NCBI GenBank assembly: GCA_965203055.1
Contig: OZ241863.1
Location: 1,472,001 to 1,536,000, forward strand
Direction: 5' to 3'
DNA length: 64,000 bases
Source: Spirochaetia bacterium
GTDB taxonomy: Bacteria > Spirochaetota > Spirochaetia > SZUA-6 > Bin103
How positions within the stretch are numbered: position 1 is the stretch's first letter; each line of letters begins with the position of its first letter. Positions 58,541 through 64,000 of the stretch are shown piece after piece. Both the position numbers and the translations under genes were made by a program. The notes beneath the pieces are model-generated. The model was given only the letters and a program-made list of their open reading frames with translations, was not told the DNA's origin and searched no databases.

Positions 58541-60340
58541 TTACCGCAGGTCCATGCGCACCGAGGTCAGGGCGCCGAACGGGTCGCCGGCCAGCAGCCG
58601 GCGGCGGGCGTCCCGGTCGCCCTTGAGGTACCAGTCGAACCACGCCCGCGCGTACCAGTCGCGGATCACGTGCGGCAGGTACACCTCCTCGCCCGTCGCG
58701 ACGGCGGCCCAGCCGAGCTCGGCGTAGCTCTCGCCGGGCGCCCCCGGCGGTCCGAACGCGGCGGCGCCGGTCGGCTTGCGCGAGCGCTCGGGCGACATCG
58801 CGAACGGCAGGTTGCCGCGCCGGAACTCCGGCCAGGGGAACTGCCGCGCGAACTCCTCGGCCAGGGTGACGTGGTTGGTGTCGCGCACGATCACCAGGCC
58901 GCGGTCGCCGGCGGCGCGCAGCCAGCCGCTCAGCGCCACCGGCTGCGGATTGTCGATCCGCTCCGGCGCGGCGCGCTCCGCGGCCAGCGGAAAGGCGGCG
59001 GCCGGGTCGCCGCCGGCGGCGGCTACCGTGGACTGAAACAGGCCGACGAACACGCCCTGCACGAACGCGTCCTCGTCGCCGATCAGCTGCAGCACCGGCT
59101 GGCGGCTGCCCACCGGCAGACCGTCCCGCTCGCCGGCGCCGAACATCTCTTCCGGCGTCCAGGTGAACGGCGGCGCATTGTTGAGCCCGAACGCGGCGCT
59201 GACGCCGGGCACGTGGTTGGCCGCCAGTTGCGCGGTCATGGAACCGAGGGAATGGCCGGCGACGCCGACCTTGCCGCCGTCGATCCGCCCCGCCAGCAGG
59301 CCGCACAGCTCGCGCGCCGCGGCGGTCGCTCCGAGCGACGCGAGGGAGGTCCGGCAGGTCGCGGTTTCCGCCCCCAGCAGGCGCAGCGTGCGGATCAGCA
59401 GCGCCACGTCCGCGACGCGCTGGCGGAACAGGTTCTGCATCATGGTGGTCGCGCGTTCCACCCCGCCCGGCACCAGTCCGGCGGCGGCCGGGTCGAAGTC
59501 CTCCGGCGGGCCGAAGCCCGGGTCTTCTTCCATGCCGAACAGGAGCCGATAGAAGTAGGGCACGACCTTGAACTCGCCGAAGATCGTCTGATAGGCGCGC
59601 TGCACCTCCGCCGCCGTCTTGGCCGCGGCGAACGGCGAATCGGGGTCGTGGAACACCAGCGGCAGGCCGCCGTCGGAAATGAAGGTCGGCGCCGCCACCA
59701 CGTAGCCGTGGGAGGCGAGGAACTCGCCCAGGGTGCTCCACATGGAGTGGGAGCCGGCGAGGCCGTGGGCCAGCACGATCAGCGGAAACCGGCCCTCGGC
59801 CGGCGCGGCGTCGAGCCAGGCGCCGCGCGGCGCGGTGACGTAGCGCCGGCCCAGCTCGGCGAACACCCGCTCCTGAGTTGCGCCGTCGGCGTCGGCCAGG
59901 GTGCCGCCCGGCACGTGCAGCAGGTTCGGATCCACCGGCAGGCCGGCGCTCAGCGCCTGGCCTACCGCCTGGTCGCCGAAGAAGAAATCCAGAAAGGTCG
60001 CGCGCCGGCCGCCGGCGGCCGGCAGCGGCGAGCGCGGCCCGGCGATGCGTTCGGCCGAGGCGGCGGCCGCGGCCGGATACCACAGGTGGAACACGACGGT
60101 GCGCCGCTGTCCGGTCGCTTCGATCGCGCGCACCAGCTCGCGATACCGGGGACTGGCGTAGGCGGCGGTCCACGGGTCGAAGCGTTGCTGGTCGTCGACC
60201 GCGAATCCCAGCGCGGAGCCGACCGCATAGTCGCCGTAGACGGCGCTTGGCGGCAGCTCCTGCAGCTGCGCGGCGACCGGGACAGTAAAGCAGGCCCCCA
60301 CGAGAATGACGGAGGCAAGGGTACGAATCGACAGAGTCAT
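58541..60340 (-). CDS. Exported alpha/beta hydrolase (PAF-AH/dienelactone hydrolase-like)
   Basis: Signal peptide, LWYPA, FPLIVLAHG, LASHGYVV, nucleophile GHSLG. Confidence 0.82.
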   Translation of the reverse strand: MTLSIRTLASVILVGACFTVPVAAQLQELPPSAVYGDYAVGSALGFAVDDQQRFDPWTAAYASPRYRELVRAIEATGQRRTVVFHLWYPAAAAASAERIAGPRSPLPAAGGRRATFLDFFFGDQAVGQALSAGLPVDPNLLHVPGGTLADADGATQERVFAELGRRYVTAPRGAWLDAAPAEGRFPLIVLAHGLAGSHSMWSTLGEFLASHGYVVAAPTFISDGGLPLVFHDPDSPFAAAKTAAEVQRAYQTIFGEFKVVPYFYRLLFGMEEDPGFGPPEDFDPAAAGLVPGGVERATTMMQNLFRQRVADVALLIRTLRLLGAETATCRTSLASLGATAAARELCGLLAGRIDGGKVGVAGHSLGSMTAQLAANHVPGVSAAFGLNNAPPFTWTPEEMFGAGERDGLPVGSRQPVLQLIGDEDAFVQGVFVGLFQSTVAAAGGDPAAAFPLAAERAAPERIDNPQPVALSGWLRAAGDRGLVIVRDTNHVTLAEEFARQFPWPEFRRGNLPFAMSPERSRKPTGAAAFGPPGAPGESYAELGWAAVATGEEVYLPHVIRDWYARAWFDWYLKGDRDARRRLLAGDPFGALTSVRMDLR

Positions 60341-60469
60341 CGATCAACTCTGTGCACCATCTCCGCCGCCCTGTCAACGCGCCTCCGCGAGGCGAGGCCT
60401 GCACACACAACAGCAGGGTGGATTGGTCTTGGGAGCGCGTGCTACCCTGCCGCTGCCAGGAGGGGACCT

Positions 60470-61756
60470 GTGAGTAGAGCATCGTTGTTGTCGCTGTTGC
60501 TGGCGGCCGGCATCGCCGCGCTGATGGCGTGCGAGCCGGCGGCGCGGCCGCCCGCCATGACCGCCGCCCCGGCAAAAGGGGAGGGGGGGACTCCGAGTGA
60601 GCCGACGCCCACTCAGCCGGCCGAGAAGAGGGAGAAGGGCTGGACGATCGGCGCGGCCGACTTTGGTAATGATGAACTGAACTTGGTGGGCGACGTGTCC
60701 AACCGTTCCGCGCCGTATGAGTGGGAGCCGATCACCGCCGGCGCCAAAGTGAGCGTTTCGATCGACGGACACAAGCTGCCGTTCACGAGCAAGAGCGCCA
60801 AGCCGGTCTTCGCGTCCGACATCTCCGGCGCGGAGTGGACGGTTGCCGCGGAGGTTCGGGCGGGCGCAGTGACGCTGGTGCTCACCGCTCCGGATCAGAC
60901 CGAAAACCTGGGCTTCGTGGAGTCGGTGAGGCTCACGAACGGGGGGAGCGGCTACACCTCGGTTCCCACCGTGACGTTTGACGCGCCGCCGTCCGGCGGC
61001 ACCGCGGCAACCGGCGCCGCGGTGGGGCCCGGCGGCGTCTTGCGCGTGCAGCTTGCGGTGGACGGCGTGACCGGGCGCGTCGGCGGTTATTACAACTCCG
61101 GGTGTTGTCCAACCGTGACGTTCGGGGCGGCGCCGTCCGGCGGCACCACGGCGACCGGAACAACGACGATGCGAACCGAAGTAGGGAGACTATTCTTTGA
61201 TAACCTGGGGAGCGGCTACACCTCTCCCCCAACCGTGACGATCGACCCTCCGCCGGCCGGCTCAGGCGGCACCCAGGCAACCGCAACGATCGTCGGGATA
61301 GTGGCGGGGGCGATTAGCACCTATGCGATGGGGAACCGGGGGAGCGGCTACAGCCTCACGTCTCCCCCTGCCGTTACGTTTTCGGGAGGAGGGGGCAGCG
61401 GTGCGGCCGCCAGACCCGACATGGTGCAAAGAAGCGTAAACCGAGTGACGATCACGAACCCCGGGAGCGGCTACACGTCCGCCCCGACCGTGACCTTTCA
61501 GACCTCGACGGGCGGTGGTACTCCCCGTACGGCAACCGGCAGCGCGGTGCTGCAAACCGAGGTCACGTCGGTGACGGTCACGAACCGGGGGAGCGGTTAC
61601 CTGTCACCGCCCGCCGTTACGATTACGGGCGGAGGGGGCAGCGGCGCGACCGCCGCGGCAATGCTGGCGGAGGAGGGCAACGACCAATACCACAACCTGT
61701 TTTGGGCACGCCAGACGCTGGAAGGCAAGCGGCTTCTGGTGAAGCTGGCGGACTAG
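60470..61756 (+). CDS. Lipoprotein with six GSGY repeats (paralog 1)
   Basis: AGGAGG RBS, GTG start, LMAC lipobox; repeats of V..V..TN.GSGY...P.VT....G..ATA. Confidence 0.85.
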   Translation: MSRASLLSLLLAAGIAALMACEPAARPPAMTAAPAKGEGGTPSEPTPTQPAEKREKGWTIGAADFGNDELNLVGDVSNRSAPYEWEPITAGAKVSVSIDGHKLPFTSKSAKPVFASDISGAEWTVAAEVRAGAVTLVLTAPDQTENLGFVESVRLTNGGSGYTSVPTVTFDAPPSGGTAATGAAVGPGGVLRVQLAVDGVTGRVGGYYNSGCCPTVTFGAAPSGGTTATGTTTMRTEVGRLFFDNLGSGYTSPPTVTIDPPPAGSGGTQATATIVGIVAGAISTYAMGNRGSGYSLTSPPAVTFSGGGGSGAAARPDMVQRSVNRVTITNPGSGYTSAPTVTFQTSTGGGTPRTATGSAVLQTEVTSVTVTNRGSGYLSPPAVTITGGGGSGATAAAMLAEEGNDQYHNLFWARQTLEGKRLLVKLAD

Positions 61757-61901
61757 GACTGCGGGAGCGGTGCTGCCGCGGCGCCGCCAGCAAGTCGTTG
61801 CTTCGCGCCCTCCACGGAAATACCGGATAAATCACATGTCTACAGCCGGTTGATTGGGTCTTGGGAGCGCATGCTACACTGCCGCTGCCAGGAGGGGACC
61901 T

Positions 61902-63155
61902 GTGAGTAGAGCATCGTTGTTGTCGCTGTTGCTGGCCGCCGGCATCGCCGCGCTGATGGCGTGCGAGCCGGCGGCCCCCGCCATGACCGCCGCCCCGGCA
62001 AAAGGGGGAGAGGGGACTCCGAGTGAGCCGACGCCCACTCAGCCGGCAGAGAAGAGGGAGAAGGGCTGGACGATCGGCGCGGCGGACTTTGGTAATGATG
62101 AACTGAACCTGGTGGGCGACGTGTCCAACCGTTCCGCGCCGTATGAGTGGGAGCCGATCACCGCCGGCGCCGAAGTGAGCGTTTCGATCGACGGACACAA
62201 TCTGCCGTTCACGAGCAAGAGTGCGGAGCCGGTCTTCGCGTCCGACATCTCCGGCGCGGAGTGGTCGGTTGCCGCCGAGGTTCGGGCGGGCGCGGTGACG
62301 CTGGTGCTCACCGCTCCGGATCAGACCGAAAACCTGGGCTTCGTGGAGTCGGTGAGGCTCACCAACCCGGGGAGCGGCTACACTTCGGTTCCCACCGTGA
62401 CGTTCGAGGCGGCGCCGTCCGGCGGCACCGCGGCAACCGGCGCCGCGGTGGGGCCTGGCGGCGTGGCGTCAGTGACGATGGGGGCCCTCGGTTATTACTA
62501 CTCCGGGTGTTGTCCCACCGTGACGTTCGCGGCGCCGACCAGCGGCACCACGGCGACCGGAACGACGACGATGCGAACCGAAGTAACGAGAATAATCATC
62601 ACGAACACGGGGAGCGGTTACACCTCTGCCCCAACCGTGACGATCGACCCTCCGCCGGCCGGCTCGGGCGGCACCCAGGCAACCGTAACGGTCGCGATAC
62701 AGAGCGGGTCACTTTATTCCTATACGATGGGGAACCGGGGGAGCGGCTACAGCCTGACGTCTCCCCCTGCCGTTACGTTTTCGGGCGGAGGGGGCAGCGG
62801 TGCAGCCGCCAACCCCGACGTGGCGCAAAGAAGAGTAACCGGAGTGACGATCACGAACCCCGGGAGCGGCTACACGTCCGCCCCGACCGTGACCTTCATG
62901 ACCTCGACGGGCGGTGGTTCCCCCCAGACGGCAACCGGCAGCGCGGCGCTGCGAACCGAGGTCACGTCGGTGACGGTCACGAACCGGGGGAGCGGTTACC
63001 TGTCACCGCCCGAGGTTACGATTACGGGCGGAGGGGGCAGCGGCGCGACCGCCACGGCAACACTGGCGGAGGGCGGCAACGATCAATACCACAACCTGTT
63101 CTGGGCGCGCCAGACGCTGGCGGGCAAGCGGCTTCTGGTGCAGGTGGCGGACTAG
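61902..63155 (+). CDS. Lipoprotein with six GSGY repeats (paralog 2)
   Basis: Tandem duplicate of 60470-61756 including promoter, RBS and 3' flank. Confidence 0.85.
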   Translation: MSRASLLSLLLAAGIAALMACEPAAPAMTAAPAKGGEGTPSEPTPTQPAEKREKGWTIGAADFGNDELNLVGDVSNRSAPYEWEPITAGAEVSVSIDGHNLPFTSKSAEPVFASDISGAEWSVAAEVRAGAVTLVLTAPDQTENLGFVESVRLTNPGSGYTSVPTVTFEAAPSGGTAATGAAVGPGGVASVTMGALGYYYSGCCPTVTFAAPTSGTTATGTTTMRTEVTRIIITNTGSGYTSAPTVTIDPPPAGSGGTQATVTVAIQSGSLYSYTMGNRGSGYSLTSPPAVTFSGGGGSGAAANPDVAQRRVTGVTITNPGSGYTSAPTVTFMTSTGGGSPQTATGSAALRTEVTSVTVTNRGSGYLSPPEVTITGGGGSGATATATLAEGGNDQYHNLFWARQTLAGKRLLVQVAD

Positions 63156-63216
63156 GATGGCGGGAGCGGGTGCTGCCGCGGCGCCGCCCGGCAGGTCGTT
63201 GCTTCGCGCCTCTGCG

Positions 63217-63471
63217 TCAGCGAGCGCCGACGTGGGCCGCGCGGTCGAGCAGCGCGCGGACGCGAAGGTGCGTCTCGAGATCAGCGCGGCGGGTCGCGTC
63301 GTTCGGCCAGTCCGGTCGAGTCGCGCGCGCCGCTTCGGACAGATCGATGGCGATCCGTACCTTGTCCGCTACCGGCAGGTTCACCCGGCGCCGGCGTGAA
63401 AGGCGCTCCGGCGCATCCCAATCGCGCCGCGCGTAGGCGCGGAGTTCCGCAGGATCGAGGCGCGGCGCCAT
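63217..63471 (-). CDS. Small hypothetical protein, probable partner of a nucleotidyltransferase-type TA toxin
   Basis: 84 aa, LRAYARRDW...RPDWP....R.ADL..H; context of TA genes (inference). Confidence 0.6.
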   Translation of the reverse strand: MAPRLDPAELRAYARRDWDAPERLSRRRRVNLPVADKVRIAIDLSEAARATRPDWPNDATRRADLETHLRVRALLDRAAHVGAR

Positions 63472-63489
63472 CGGAGGCCACTCTCCCCC

Positions 63490-63789
63490 TTAAGCGGTCG
63501 TTGCTTCGCGCCTGAGTGTCGGCAGGGAATCCAGATCGTCGCCCACTCGCTCCTCCGCGCGCCGCAACTCGTAGAGCTTCTGCAGATTCATCCAGAACTC
63601 CGCACTGGTGCCGAAAAAGTGCGCCAACCGGAGTGCCGTGTCCCCCGTGATCGCACGTCGTCCGTTGAGAATCTCGGTGATTCGGTTCGCAGGCACCTTG
63701 AGTTGCCGCGCGAGCTCGGCCGCGCTCATGTCAAGTACCTTCAACTCCTCGGCGATATGTTCGCCCGGATGGATTGCGGGTACTCCCAT
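63490..63789 (-). CDS. higA: HigA-family antitoxin
   Basis: IHPGE, RITEILNGRRAIT.DTALRLA.FFGTSAEFWMNLQ. Confidence 0.93.
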   Translation of the reverse strand: MGVPAIHPGEHIAEELKVLDMSAAELARQLKVPANRITEILNGRRAITGDTALRLAHFFGTSAEFWMNLQKLYELRRAEERVGDDLDSLPTLRREATTA

Positions 63790-63828
63790 ATTCTTCCTCC
63801 TCGGGATTAGTGGTACCGCGGGCGGTGT

Positions 63829-63999
63829 CTACCCCGCGCCGGGCGTGACGTCGGCGATGGCCGCATCCAGTCTCGGAACCAGATCCGATTGTCCAAGCGC
63901 TTCCTCCAGTTGGCAGAGGAGGTCGCGCGCCTCGGTCCGGTCCACTTCGCCGCCGGCCAGCAGCGAACGCAGATCGTCCAGGTCCTTGCCGCGGCCGGC
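63829..63999 (-). CDS. Nucleotidyltransferase-like (DUF6036/AbiEii-like) protein, C-terminal end, truncated by window edge
   Basis: AGRGKDLDDLRSLL...LEEALGQSDL; AGR.KD..D is the typical C-terminal motif. Confidence 0.65.
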   Translation of the reverse strand, partial: AGRGKDLDDLRSLLAGGEVDRTEARDLLCQLEEALGQSDLVPRLDAAIADVTPGAG

Positions 64000-64000
64000 G

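Larger units (their letters stand above)
60410..63212 (+). repeat. Tandem duplication of a ~1.4-kb unit (about 60410-61812 and 61842-63212)
   Basis: Similarity extends from the upstream GATTGG(G)TCTTGGGAGCGC to the downstream GTCGTTGCTTCGCGCC. Confidence 0.92.

Noticed and set aside
57173..61756. 1527-aa ORF appearing to be a giant fusion protein
   Set aside because: The first ~1100 aa are the antisense shadow of the AlbA_2 and hydrolase genes. The real gene starts at GTG 60470 with RBS and lipobox, as its paralog shows.
60470..63155. Diversity-generating retroelement (template/variable repeat pair)
   Set aside because: Differences include non-adenine substitutions and indels, both copies are full genes, and no reverse transcriptase is present in the window.

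Overview
Very GC-rich bacterial chromosomal segment, most likely from a Spirochaetia member. This is inferred from the order rpsB-tsf-frr-cdsA-rseP-WD40 gene convergent on dnaB-rplI-DUF2232-rpsR-ssb-rpsF, and from 'AAGE..' type solute-binding-protein leaders without a lipobox. The accessory content (ankyrin protein, Rpn, DUF4143 ATPase, PhyH dioxygenase, many sugar ABC transporters, TA genes) resembles host-associated, e.g. sponge-symbiont, genomes (inference). Core genes: ddl, pgi, ctaB/ctaA, hslO, fhs, maf, the translation/replication clusters, mutL, gcvH and PBP1A. There are two carbohydrate ABC operons and a defence-type island at about 14.2-21.8 kb (ankyrin, AAA/DUF4143, internally deleted XRE regulator, Rpn with an internal antitoxin start, restriction-modification fusion). 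Several genes have decayed by deletion, and a TA-fragment cluster lies at the right end. Best leads: (1) two tandem paralogous lipoproteins with six GSGY repeats, a near-identical scaffold and hypervariable central patches, sharing a 16-18 bp sequence with the neighbouring TA cluster; (2) a promoter-to-terminator unit of about 200 nt upstream of PBP1A (structured RNA and/or leaderless 39-aa peptide); (3) a ~120-nt hairpin leader in front of an unknown 96-aa gene; (4) repeated leaderless-gene promoter geometry. No tRNA, rRNA or CRISPR array was seen.
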